From Flavobacteriaceae bacterium (GTDB taxonomy: Bacteria; Bacteroidota; Bacteroidia; Flavobacteriales; Flavobacteriaceae), in assembly GCA_049615925.1 (NCBI GenBank), contig JBMZGM010000005.1, positions 5,183 through 69,182 on the forward strand: a stretch of 64,000 bases of DNA, in the 5' to 3' direction. The notes below the pieces were generated by a model. That model had not been told where the DNA came from and ran no database searches. It saw only the letters and a list, made by a program, of their open reading frames with translations. Shown piece after piece: positions 37,746 to 47,551 of the stretch (position 1 is the first letter of the stretch; each line of letters begins with the position of its first letter). The position numbers were made by a program, and so were the translations under genes.

Positions 37746-38321
37746 ATGCATCCCATGACAGCACATTCGGCTGAAATAAACCTAGCCCTCAACACTTTAA
37801 ACAAAGAAGGCGTACTGCTTTATCCTACCGATACCATTTGGGGAATCGGTTGTGATGCTCGCTCAAGCAAAGCAGTGGATGCCATATATGCTTTAAAAAA
37901 ACGAGAAGACAGCAAAGCGTTGATTTGCCTTGTCGCCTCAAAAGAGATGTTAGAACGCTATGTAGGAGATGTGCCAAAGGTTTTACTTGACCAACTGAAG
38001 GTAGCACGTCCCACCACAGTCATTTATCCTGCGGTAAAAGGAGTGAGTGAGCGGCTTTGCGCCGCAGATGGCAGTATTGGAATACGCATTGTTCAAGATG
38101 CTTTTTGTCAAGCCTTGATTGAGAAACTGGGTGCCCCTTTGGTTTCAACATCAGCAAACATAAGTGGTCAACCCAGTGCGCAACACTACAAAGAGATCAC
38201 TCCCGAAATTTTGAACGGGGTTGATCATATTGTACCTTTAAGACAAAACGAAACACAACAAAAGGCGTCTAGGATAATTCGTCTTAAAGCCGATAATAGC
38301 ATTGAACTTTTACGGGACTAA
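37746..38321 (+). CDS. tsaC: L-threonylcarbamoyladenylate synthase (TsaC/YrdC family)
   Basis: 191-aa ORF with YrdC motifs (LYPTDTIWGIGCDA, VSTSANISG). The start abuts the dapD stop (TAAATG). Confidence 0.85.
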   Translation: MHPMTAHSAEINLALNTLNKEGVLLYPTDTIWGIGCDARSSKAVDAIYALKKREDSKALICLVASKEMLERYVGDVPKVLLDQLKVARPTTVIYPAVKGVSERLCAADGSIGIRIVQDAFCQALIEKLGAPLVSTSANISGQPSAQHYKEITPEILNGVDHIVPLRQNETQQKASRIIRLKADNSIELLRD

Positions 38322-39757
38322 TGGATTTCAATACCGACTTTAGCGCCATCTTAGCCACCCCTGTTTTCCAGCACGTCGCCGCTGCTGCTGCAGAATTGGG
38401 CATGCCCACCTATGTGGTAGGAGGATTTGTTCGAGACCATCTTTTAAAACGAAAAAAAGAACCAACCGATTTAGATTTTGTAACCTTGGGATCGGGTATA
38501 GCACTCGCAAAAGCGGTACAAAAACGCCTACCCAAACAACCCAAACTAAGCGTCTTTAAAACCTATGGAACCGCCATGATCAAATTTGAAGGCATCGACC
38601 TCGAATTTGTGGGAGCAAGAAAGGAATCCTACACAAAGGATAGCCGCAACCCGGTGGTAGAAGCGGGAAGCTTGCAAGACGATCAAAATAGACGCGACTT
38701 TACCATCAATGCCTTAGCGGTAAGTTTAAAACCTAGTAACTATGGGGAATTAATCGATCCCTTTGATGGGCTAAGGGATTTAAAAAATAAATGCATTCGA
38801 ACCCCGTTGGATCCGGTGATCACCTATTCTGACGATCCTTTGCGAATGTTACGGGCAATTCGATTTGCCACTCAATTAGACTTTGACATTGAACAAGCTT
38901 CGCTTGACGCAATTCAGCAAGAACGCAAGCGTATGGAAATCATCACCAAAGAACGCATTGTGGATGAACTGCATAAAATCCTTGCCACTCCCCTGCCGTC
39001 TAAAGGCTTTCTCCTCTTAGACCAAGTAGGACTTTTAGCCGATATTCTTCCCGAGTTAACCGATTTAAAAGGCATTGAAGAAGTGGAAGGACAAACCCAC
39101 AAAGACAACTTTTATCACACCTTTGAAGTGGTGGACAACATCTGCCAAACAACCGATAATCTATGGTTACGCTGGGCGGCTTTACTCCACGATATTGGAA
39201 AAGCACCCACAAAAAAATTTAGCAAAAAAGTGGGATGGACCTTTCACGCCCACGAATTTGTAGGAGCAAAAATGGTCTACAAACTCTTTAAGCGACTCAA
39301 AATGCCCTTGAATGACAAAATGAAATTTGTCCAAAAGATGGTTTTTATGAGTTCCCGCCCCATTGTTTTAGCACAAGACATCGTGACCGATTCTGCCGTG
39401 CGAAGACTCATTTTCGATGCTGGAGATTATGTCGATGATTTGCTCACACTTTGCGAGGCAGATATAACGACTAAAAACCCCAAACGATTTGCCCGCTATC
39501 ACAATAATTTTAAAATTGTACGTGAAAAGATTGTCGAAGTAGAAGAACGCGATCATATTCGTAACTTTCAACCTCCCGTAAGTGGAGAGTTAATCATGCA
39601 AACCTTTGGGCTGCGCCCTGGGAAAGAAATTGGCATCATTAAAGAAAAAATTAAAGAAGCGATCCTAGAAGGGGAGATCCCCAATGAATACGATGCAGCG
39701 GTGGAATTAATGAAGAAAGAAGGAAAAGCCTTAGGCTTAAAAATCACGACAAAATGA
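38321..39757 (+). CDS. cca: CCA-adding tRNA nucleotidyltransferase / poly(A) polymerase family protein with HD domain
   Basis: 478-aa ORF with a nucleotidyltransferase head (VVGGFVRDHLL.., DLDF), RRDFTINA, and an HD motif (LLHDIGK). The start overlaps the tsaC stop (TAATG). Confidence 0.85.
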   Translation: MDFNTDFSAILATPVFQHVAAAAAELGMPTYVVGGFVRDHLLKRKKEPTDLDFVTLGSGIALAKAVQKRLPKQPKLSVFKTYGTAMIKFEGIDLEFVGARKESYTKDSRNPVVEAGSLQDDQNRRDFTINALAVSLKPSNYGELIDPFDGLRDLKNKCIRTPLDPVITYSDDPLRMLRAIRFATQLDFDIEQASLDAIQQERKRMEIITKERIVDELHKILATPLPSKGFLLLDQVGLLADILPELTDLKGIEEVEGQTHKDNFYHTFEVVDNICQTTDNLWLRWAALLHDIGKAPTKKFSKKVGWTFHAHEFVGAKMVYKLFKRLKMPLNDKMKFVQKMVFMSSRPIVLAQDIVTDSAVRRLIFDAGDYVDDLLTLCEADITTKNPKRFARYHNNFKIVREKIVEVEERDHIRNFQPPVSGELIMQTFGLRPGKEIGIIKEKIKEAILEGEIPNEYDAAVELMKKEGKALGLKITTK

Positions 39758-40785
39758 AAAAACACTTCCGCTTTTGGGTAGGACTATCTCTTGTCTTGGT
39801 CTATGGAGTAATTGCTGCAGGGGCGATTGTTCGAATGACAGGAAGTGGCATGGGATGTCCCGACTGGCCAAAGTGTTTTGGCTACCTTATCCCTCCCACT
39901 GAACGAGCCGAATTGGACTGGAAACCCAGCCATGAATATCAAGAAGGACAGGTCATTATTGTAAACGAAGAACTTCGCGTAGCCCTGGAGGATTTTCGTT
40001 CCCTAGAGGACTATCAAGAAAGCAACTGGAAGCACTATACCAAACATGACTATGCCTTGTTTAATCCTGTTCACACCTGGATTGAATTCCTCAACCGCCT
40101 CCTGGGTGCTTTGGGTGGTCTTGCCACCCTAATTGTAGGGGTTTTGTCCTTTTGGCAATGGAAGAAAAACAAATGGATCCCTGTGATTTCTTGGCTCATT
40201 ATCTTTGGAATGGGCTTTCAAGCTTGGCTAGGTAAAACAGTGGTAGATTCAAATCTACAACCGTTTAAAATCACCATCCACATGGTCATGGCTTTAGTAA
40301 TTGTTGCCTTTTTACTTTACTTATATTACATCAGCAAATCGATAAAAAATAGTTTTACAATCCCAGCTCATATAAAAAAGATGGCTGTTTTTGCCTTGGT
40401 CTTAACCTTAGTTCAAATTGCTATGGGGACACAGGTAAGACAGTTTGTTGATGAACAAATTGATCGCCTTGGAGAAGAGGCTGCTGCTTTATGGTTAAAT
40501 CCAGCACCCATCTTATTTTATGTGCACCGCAGTTTTTCTCTACTTGTTACTGGTTTAAATGTTTGGCTCTTTCTTAGTTTACGAAAACGCAATTTTCCCT
40601 TACAACAACTCAAACAAGTATTGGCCTTAATCGGTCTAGAAATACTCACCGGAATTTTGATGTATTATTTCGATTTTCCTTTTAGTAGTCAGCCCCTTCA
40701 TTTATTGTTTGCCTCCCTATTATTTGGCGCACAATCCTACTTACTATTTCATTTATTTCAACCCACACCAATCTCCCACACATGA
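39754..40785 (+). CDS. ctaA: COX15/CtaA family heme A synthase
   Basis: 343-aa polytopic ORF with an N-terminal GSGMGCPDWPKC motif and conserved His in TM helices (IHMVMA, YVHRS). Confidence 0.85.
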   Translation: MKKHFRFWVGLSLVLVYGVIAAGAIVRMTGSGMGCPDWPKCFGYLIPPTERAELDWKPSHEYQEGQVIIVNEELRVALEDFRSLEDYQESNWKHYTKHDYALFNPVHTWIEFLNRLLGALGGLATLIVGVLSFWQWKKNKWIPVISWLIIFGMGFQAWLGKTVVDSNLQPFKITIHMVMALVIVAFLLYLYYISKSIKNSFTIPAHIKKMAVFALVLTLVQIAMGTQVRQFVDEQIDRLGEEAAALWLNPAPILFYVHRSFSLLVTGLNVWLFLSLRKRNFPLQQLKQVLALIGLEILTGILMYYFDFPFSSQPLHLLFASLLFGAQSYLLFHLFQPTPISHT

Positions 40786-41270
40786 TTTATCGTTTCCGTA
40801 TCATATTAGATGCCCCAGAAGACATTTTTCGCGACTTAGAAATTGAAGCCTCTGCTAGTTTAGAAGATTTTCATTATGCCATCGCACAAGCCTTTGGTTT
40901 TGGCGGAAACGAAATGGCTTCGTTCTACACCACAAATGACCAATGGGAACAGGGTGAGGAACTTCCCTTATTAGACATGGGAGAGGGGACAACTCCTATG
41001 GCAGGAAAAAGTCTCGATAAATTCTTTAGTGCAGACAATCACCACTTGATTTATGTCTATGACTTTCTCGCGATGTGGACCTTTTTTGTCGAGTTAATGG
41101 AAGTAGGTGAAGCGGTACCTGCAATGGGCTATCCCAATTTAGTTTTTGCCCAGGGTGAGGTTCCCGAAGAAGCCCCAGAAAAAACCTTCAGTAGCGAAGA
41201 AGAAACCGATGATTTTGACGATGACGAAGAAGGCGATCTACTTGACTATGACGACGCCGACTTTTATTAG
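40782..41270 (+). CDS. pRiA4b ORF-3-like family protein with acidic C-terminal tail
   Basis: 162-aa ORF. The N-terminus MIYRFRIILDAPEDIFRDLEI..LEDFHYAIAQAFGF is typical of the pRiA4b ORF-3-like (PF07929) fold. The tail is EEETDDFDDDEEGDLLDYDDADFY. An ATGA overlap links it to ctaA. Confidence 0.65.
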   Translation: MIYRFRIILDAPEDIFRDLEIEASASLEDFHYAIAQAFGFGGNEMASFYTTNDQWEQGEELPLLDMGEGTTPMAGKSLDKFFSADNHHLIYVYDFLAMWTFFVELMEVGEAVPAMGYPNLVFAQGEVPEEAPEKTFSSEEETDDFDDDEEGDLLDYDDADFY

Positions 41271-42337
41271 GACGACTGGATTAATTTTGTCATGTTAAGG
41301 TTTTCATAGTGCCTTCGTACATAATCAAACGAGGCCTCCATGAGATCACCTGTACTTTTTGCTGTTTTGAACGCCTCATCCTTTGTAAAGCGATAAATCT
41401 CTGCACTTAGATTTTTCAAGTAGTGTGGCTGTGTCAAGTGGTCTTGCTTCATGATGGTAACCAAATTATCCAAACGAACACCCGAGCTTATTATTCGTTT
41501 TGCCACGATAGAACGCTCTTCAATTTTATATTGATTCACAGAATCAAGGGTCAATTTATCTTTGACAATCGAGACCATGGGAAAATTTTCTTTAAAAAAT
41601 TGGGGACGATAAACGTTTAATTTCCCTTCATAACATTGCTGATCAAAATCAATTGCTCGAATCTTATACACCACTTGATCAAAATCATGGGTGGGAATCA
41701 CCACATAATTATAGGCGCGCATGTCCCCTAGAAGACGAATCATGCATCGCTCGTTAAACTTGACATATTCCTTGGCAATCTGCGCTTGTTGTGCCGGAGT
41801 ACACTCCCCTAGAAAGTCTTCGATAAAAACATCGCCAGGAATTCCAGCAATGTGTTCTTCAATCAAAGTAGTATCATTGACTAAAAAGTTGAGATTATGA
41901 GGAGACAACATGTGCTCAAATTCTAAACCATAGACTCGAGAAGCATCGGTTCGCTTGACATAAAAATAGGTGAAGTTGTCGTTTAGGATATTCCTAATCT
42001 TGATACGGAAAGGCTTTGAATTCCCAAAGGTGCAGTAATCAATCGCATCCACATTGAGGTAAGGAATGGAGGATTCGTTTCCATCAGAATGCAACAGGGC
42101 ATAAACTTTTTTAAGGTTATAGTCAATGTCTTCTCGTTCACTATCGGTATAATATACCCTTACCCAAAGGGTGTCTTCGTCATTTTCGTCATAGACGACA
42201 ATTGAACCAGAGAAGCGCAATAAATCTTCATAAAAAATGGGTGTAAAGACCCAGCGATTGTATTGCTTCAAATAAGCGTTGAGCTCTGAAGTAATCGGAA
42301 AGAAGGGTTTCTTTTGTGAAATGAGTTTTTCTTCCAT
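41267..42337 (-). CDS. conserved hypothetical protein (possible atypical kinase-like fold)
   Basis: 356-aa soluble ORF of no family I recognise. It contains GDMRAYN (D-x4-N) followed by HDFDQ..IRAIDFDQ, reminiscent of the catalytic and Mg-binding loops of protein-kinase-like phosphotransferases. Confidence 0.55.
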   Translation of the reverse strand: MEEKLISQKKPFFPITSELNAYLKQYNRWVFTPIFYEDLLRFSGSIVVYDENDEDTLWVRVYYTDSEREDIDYNLKKVYALLHSDGNESSIPYLNVDAIDYCTFGNSKPFRIKIRNILNDNFTYFYVKRTDASRVYGLEFEHMLSPHNLNFLVNDTTLIEEHIAGIPGDVFIEDFLGECTPAQQAQIAKEYVKFNERCMIRLLGDMRAYNYVVIPTHDFDQVVYKIRAIDFDQQCYEGKLNVYRPQFFKENFPMVSIVKDKLTLDSVNQYKIEERSIVAKRIISSGVRLDNLVTIMKQDHLTQPHYLKNLSAEIYRFTKDEAFKTAKSTGDLMEASFDYVRRHYENLNMTKLIQSS

Positions 42338-42447
42338 AATTGCGCTTTTCTCAAAGGTAGGATGTTTTTTACGATCTCCTTAAGATTTTGGGCGCAAGCC
42401 TATAAATTCATGGAATAATGGTTAATTTTAACGTTCGATAAAACGCT

Positions 42448-44436
42448 ATGCCATTTCAATTAGAATCTGAATTTTCGCCCACTGGGGATCAACCCGAAGC
42501 CATCAAACAACTTTGTGATGGTTTTGATGGACAAGAGCAATTTATGACCCTACAAGGGGTTACTGGCTCTGGAAAAACCTTTACCGTGGCGAATGTGGTG
42601 AAGAATTTACAACGCCCTACCCTCGTTCTAGCCCACAATAAAACCTTGGCAGCGCAGTTGTATTCTGAGTTCAAGCAATTTTTTCCCAATAATGCGGTGG
42701 AGTATTTTGTCTCCTATTATGACTATTATCAACCTGAAGCATACATCCCCGTTTCGGGCACCTATATCGAAAAAGACCTGTCCATCAACGAGGAAATTGA
42801 AAAGCTGCGCTTAAGTACTACTTCTTCCCTACTTTCTGGGAGAAGGGATGTCTTGGTAGTCGCTTCGGTCTCTTGTTTATACGGAATTGGAAACCCAGTA
42901 GAGTTTCAAAAAAATGTGATTACCCTAGAGCAAGATCAAGTCATTTCTCGCACAAAATTACTGCATCGACTGGTGCAGAGCTTATACTCTCGTACCACTG
43001 CAGACTTTAATCACGGTAACTTTAGAGTAAAAGGAGATGTGGTGGACATCTACCCCAGCTATGCCGATACGGCCTTTCGAGTCCACTTTTTTGGGGATGA
43101 GATAGAAGAGATTGAGGCCTTTGATCCCATTAGCAATCAATCCATTGAAAAGTATGAACGTCTCAACATTTACCCGGCCAATATGTTTGTTACTTCACCA
43201 GACATCTTGCAAAATGCGATTCATCAAATCCAAGATGATCTAGTGAAACAAATCGACTTTTTCCGCGAGGTAGGGAAACCCCTTGAAGCAAAACGACTCG
43301 AAGAGCGCACCAATTTTGATTTAGAAATGATTCGCGAATTAGGCTATTGTTCTGGAATCGAAAACTATTCCCGCTATTTAGACGGTCGCGCTCCAGGGAC
43401 GCGTCCCTTCTGTTTATTGGATTATTTCCCCGATGATTATTTGATGGTCATTGACGAAAGCCACGTTACCGTTTCACAGGTACATGCCATGTATGGAGGG
43501 GATCGCAGCCGGAAAGAAAATCTGGTAGAATACGGTTTTCGCTTACCCGCTGCCATGGACAACCGACCACTCAAATTCGAAGAATTTGAAAGCTTGCAAA
43601 ACCAGGTTCTTTATGTAAGTGCAACCCCTGCAGATTATGAATTAGAAAAATCAGAAGGGGTTTATGTCGAACAAATTATTCGCCCAACAGGTTTACTGGA
43701 TCCTGTCATTGAAGTGCGCCCCAGTGAAAATCAAATCGATGATTTGATAGAAGAAATTCAACAACGGGTAGAAAAAGATGAACGTACACTGGTCACCACC
43801 TTGACCAAGCGAATGGCCGAAGAATTGACCAAATACATGAGCCGAATCCAAATTCGTTGCCGTTATATTCACAGTGATGTGGATACCCTTGAACGGGTGG
43901 AAATCATGCAAGACTTACGTAAAGGAATCTTTGACGTTTTAATTGGGGTCAACCTTTTGCGCGAGGGACTAGACCTGCCCGAGGTATCTTTAGTCGCCAT
44001 CCTCGATGCTGACAAAGAAGGTTTTTTGCGTTCCAATCGTTCCCTAACCCAAACCGTGGGACGTGCGGCGCGAAACATCAACGGACTCGCCATCATGTAT
44101 GCCGATAAAATCACCCGCTCCATGCAGGAAACCATTGACGGAACAAATTACCGACGCGAAAAACAAATCGCTTATAACACCAAACACAATCAGGTGCCAA
44201 CGGCCTTAAACAAATCCCTGGACAATGCACTCTCGACGAATTCTGTAGCGACCTATGCACAAGAAAAAGCCGAACGTAAAGCCGCCGAAGAAGCTACCCG
44301 CTTTTTGACCAAACCTCAAATCGAACAACGGGTGCGCGATGTGCGCAAGGCCATGGAAAAAGCCGCGAAAGAATTGGACTTTATCGAGGCCGCACGACTG
44401 CGGGATGAAATTAAAGCCTTGCAGGAGCAGTTGTAA
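42448..44436 (+). CDS. uvrB: excinuclease ABC subunit B
   Basis: 662-aa ORF with Walker A (GVTGSGKTFT), a DESH box (VIDESHVT), helicase motifs and a C-terminal UVR domain (..LDFIEAARLRDEIKALQ). Confidence 0.97.
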   Translation: MPFQLESEFSPTGDQPEAIKQLCDGFDGQEQFMTLQGVTGSGKTFTVANVVKNLQRPTLVLAHNKTLAAQLYSEFKQFFPNNAVEYFVSYYDYYQPEAYIPVSGTYIEKDLSINEEIEKLRLSTTSSLLSGRRDVLVVASVSCLYGIGNPVEFQKNVITLEQDQVISRTKLLHRLVQSLYSRTTADFNHGNFRVKGDVVDIYPSYADTAFRVHFFGDEIEEIEAFDPISNQSIEKYERLNIYPANMFVTSPDILQNAIHQIQDDLVKQIDFFREVGKPLEAKRLEERTNFDLEMIRELGYCSGIENYSRYLDGRAPGTRPFCLLDYFPDDYLMVIDESHVTVSQVHAMYGGDRSRKENLVEYGFRLPAAMDNRPLKFEEFESLQNQVLYVSATPADYELEKSEGVYVEQIIRPTGLLDPVIEVRPSENQIDDLIEEIQQRVEKDERTLVTTLTKRMAEELTKYMSRIQIRCRYIHSDVDTLERVEIMQDLRKGIFDVLIGVNLLREGLDLPEVSLVAILDADKEGFLRSNRSLTQTVGRAARNINGLAIMYADKITRSMQETIDGTNYRREKQIAYNTKHNQVPTALNKSLDNALSTNSVATYAQEKAERKAAEEATRFLTKPQIEQRVRDVRKAMEKAAKELDFIEAARLRDEIKALQEQL

Positions 44437-44480
44437 CATTTAGCGGGTTGACACGACCCATTAATAAAGAAAAATACAGT

Positions 44481-45983
44481 ATGCAGGCGAAAATTACCCT
44501 ACTATGTTATTTTATCATTGGCAGTGTGACAGCCCAGGAAATTCGTTTAAAATTAACGGATAGCCTTAGCCAAGAATCCATTCCCTTTGCTACCGTGCTG
44601 ACTAATTTTGATGAAAATACCATTAGCAATGAAGAGGGCATTTTTCGTTTGACCAAAGAAAGTGTCTTTACAAAAAAAGATTCCATTTTCATTTCCTGTA
44701 TGGGCTATACCCCCTTTGGCGAAGCCATTAATCAACTCAAGGATTCCATTGTTTTAATGTCGCCAAAGGCGATTGAACTCAATGCCGTTATCCTTTCCCA
44801 AAACAACCTGACGGCAGACCAATTGATCAAAAAGGCACGTGAAAGGGTAGCCGATAAGTACGATTTAAATCTAAGTAAAAAGACCTTTTTCTTACGCGAA
44901 TCCTTTTTTCAACGATGGGTACAACGGGATTTAAAGGTAAAAAAAGCCACCATTAAGGAATTCAACCAGCGGTTTTGGGACTCGCTCTTTAAAAGCATTC
45001 CAATGGAAGACCAGTGGCACACAGAGTCCTTTGGGGCATTGTACGGAGACTGGTCTGAGGAGCAACAAAAACTGGTTTTAAAACGAGCCGTTGAGCTAGC
45101 CGATACAGTAAATGCAAAGGGCTATGAACAAATCGAACAAAAAATCACGCAAGTCCTTGATGAAAACGTCAAAAAAGACTCCTATTTTAAGTTCAAATCG
45201 GGGATTTTTAGCACCAAAGTTGACCGAGAAGAAGTCATCGAAAAACCTGCAGATAGCACAGCTGTTAGCGAAGCTAAAGCAGAAAAAACCGAAGAGGAAT
45301 TCCCAAAAGAAGAAGCCTTTTATCGCGGGAGAAAAAATCGCTTAAGCGAACTATTTACTTCTTTGATCAAGCGTGATCGTTTGGACATAAGTGTCTTAAC
45401 TAAAAGTCATTTGTACACCTATGAGATTGTGAACTTCACCTATATGAATGGGGTTCCGGTTTATCAAATTCGTTTTGCTCCAAGAGGAAAAAAAGGAAAG
45501 TATAAGGGCATGTTATATATTGAGGCAGAGCAATACAGTCTCATCCAACTGGATTATGAAAATGTACGCTCGGTTCGTGAATTCTCTTTATTCGGATTGT
45601 CTTTTGACGCTTATGGCCGTAAAGCACAGCTTAAATTCGATCGCTTTCAAGGGGATAAATACCAGTTACAATACATGACCGTTGAAACAAAATTTCGCAC
45701 TGGTATAGACCGCCCCATCAAGATTTTAGAAAAAAATAAAATTGTCAAAGGGCGAAGAAAACAAAATGAATTAAGTGGTTCCATCGCATTCAAATTGGAT
45801 CAAAAAAGCAGTATAACGCTAGTGGTATTCAACAACGAAGCGATCCCTACCTCCACTTTTGACAGCCTACAAGAACCCAAGGCGTTTCAACCCCAAAAAC
45901 GGGACAGCTATGATCCTTCTTTCTGGGAAGGCTATACCATTGTGGAACCCAATAAAGCCATCAAAGCATTTAGCTCGAATTAG
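44481..45983 (+). CDS. carboxypeptidase-regulatory-like domain protein (secreted, function unknown)
   Basis: From ATG 44481 (MQAKITLLCYFIIGSVTAQE, a signal peptide). The N-terminal CarboxypepD_reg-like segment reads (LTDSLSQESIPFATVL..ISNEEGIFRL). The track start 44448 is TTG. Confidence 0.6.
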   Translation: MQAKITLLCYFIIGSVTAQEIRLKLTDSLSQESIPFATVLTNFDENTISNEEGIFRLTKESVFTKKDSIFISCMGYTPFGEAINQLKDSIVLMSPKAIELNAVILSQNNLTADQLIKKARERVADKYDLNLSKKTFFLRESFFQRWVQRDLKVKKATIKEFNQRFWDSLFKSIPMEDQWHTESFGALYGDWSEEQQKLVLKRAVELADTVNAKGYEQIEQKITQVLDENVKKDSYFKFKSGIFSTKVDREEVIEKPADSTAVSEAKAEKTEEEFPKEEAFYRGRKNRLSELFTSLIKRDRLDISVLTKSHLYTYEIVNFTYMNGVPVYQIRFAPRGKKGKYKGMLYIEAEQYSLIQLDYENVRSVREFSLFGLSFDAYGRKAQLKFDRFQGDKYQLQYMTVETKFRTGIDRPIKILEKNKIVKGRRKQNELSGSIAFKLDQKSSITLVVFNNEAIPTSTFDSLQEPKAFQPQKRDSYDPSFWEGYTIVEPNKAIKAFSSN

Positions 45984-47470
45984 TATTTGGCCGATTTGCC
46001 CTTAGGATTGGATTGCGTTAAAAAAGCACGAATGTCATCGTTTGCTTTTTCTAAATCTGCTCTTCTCAAATACATCATGTGTCCACTGCGGTATCCTTTA
46101 AAGGAAAAACGATCGCGTAACTTCCCACTAGGGTCCATTTGCCATTGGGAATATTTTGCGGCAAAATAGGTTGTCGCTCCATCGTAATAACCCGATTGTG
46201 TCATCACATGTAAATAAGGGTTTTGTGCCATGGCCTGGCGTAAATTGTCCCGTGTATTGTCGTTCTCGTTATTCCATGGACGCACAGGTCCAAACATATT
46301 GTACTTGATGTCGGTCTTGAACTTGAGCTCCTTGCGGATATAATGATTAATTGCAGGAGTAAAAGAATGTAACCATGAGGTGAGCTCGGCACTATAATCG
46401 GGTGCGTCTCCAGTTTCTTTTTTATCAATCCCTAAATATCGTGAATCCAAACGACCAATGTTCTTTCCTTCATGCCGCAGCAATTCTTTCCAAAAATAAC
46501 GGGTGGGTAAGTCTAAATTATGCTGGAGAATTACGCTGGCATCAATTCCAGCATAGTAGGCCATTTTTTCGGCAATTTTTTGTTTCTCCTCAAGAGGAAG
46601 AAAGCCTCCTTTTGCCATAGCAGGAATCAGTTCATTGATGGCAAAATCTTCGGCTTCTGGAAGAATTTCTAGCAGATCTTTATTTTGAAGCGCAGCGGGC
46701 AATTGCTTGTGGTACCAGGCTGCTGCTGTAAAATAAGGCAGGTTGAGCGATGAGGATACTGGTCCCCCTGTTCGCAAGGTCTTATAATCTGCAGGAGAAA
46801 CCATGATTACCCCATTGAGGTACATCCACTGTTGATTTTGCAAAGCCAAAGAAAGTCCCATAACGCGTGTTCCTCCATAACTTTCTCCGATCAAATACTT
46901 GGGAGCTTCCCAGCGTTGTTTGCGGTTGACAAAAGTTGTCATCCATTCGGCGAGGTATTTAATGTCTGCATTGATCCCAAAAAACAATGCTCTGTCGGGC
47001 ATTTTTCCATCGACTTCAACCATTCGAGAATAGCCTGTATTTACAGGGTTGATAAAGACAATATCGGCTACATCGAGAATGGAATAGGGATTTTCTTTAA
47101 AACCGTAAGGTTGTACGGGATAGCCCTCGTCATCAATATTCAAAATACGCGGTCCTGTGTAGGCAACATGCATCCATACCGAAGCCGATCCTGGGCCGCC
47201 ATTAAATGAAAAAATCAGGGGACGCTCATTTCCTTTTGGCACATTTGTGCGGCGATAATAGGTGTAGAATAAGGAGGCAATGGGCTGTCCTTTTTCGTTC
47301 CAAACGGGTTGAGTACCTGTTTCTGCACGATAGTTAATGCTTTGTCCTTTAATGGTTGTTTTATGGTTTGTCACCACTAGGGTATCCACTGGTAAATTTC
47401 GGTTTTGCGCATACAGATTATTGAGAGCAAAAAAGCTTAAAAGGGTGAGAAAGAAGAAACTATTTTTCAT
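45980..47470 (-). CDS. S10 family serine carboxypeptidase-like peptidase (secreted)
   Basis: 496-aa ORF with a signal peptide, FNGGPGSAS and the nucleophile motif GESYGG. Confidence 0.75.
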   Translation of the reverse strand: MKNSFFFLTLLSFFALNNLYAQNRNLPVDTLVVTNHKTTIKGQSINYRAETGTQPVWNEKGQPIASLFYTYYRRTNVPKGNERPLIFSFNGGPGSASVWMHVAYTGPRILNIDDEGYPVQPYGFKENPYSILDVADIVFINPVNTGYSRMVEVDGKMPDRALFFGINADIKYLAEWMTTFVNRKQRWEAPKYLIGESYGGTRVMGLSLALQNQQWMYLNGVIMVSPADYKTLRTGGPVSSSLNLPYFTAAAWYHKQLPAALQNKDLLEILPEAEDFAINELIPAMAKGGFLPLEEKQKIAEKMAYYAGIDASVILQHNLDLPTRYFWKELLRHEGKNIGRLDSRYLGIDKKETGDAPDYSAELTSWLHSFTPAINHYIRKELKFKTDIKYNMFGPVRPWNNENDNTRDNLRQAMAQNPYLHVMTQSGYYDGATTYFAAKYSQWQMDPSGKLRDRFSFKGYRSGHMMYLRRADLEKANDDIRAFLTQSNPKGKSAKY

Positions 47471-47551
47471 TCGTATAAGAGTTTCCTTAAATGTACGGAT
47501 TTTGTGATCTTAAAAAAAGTTTTACATTTAAGCAACCCAAATCTTACACTC

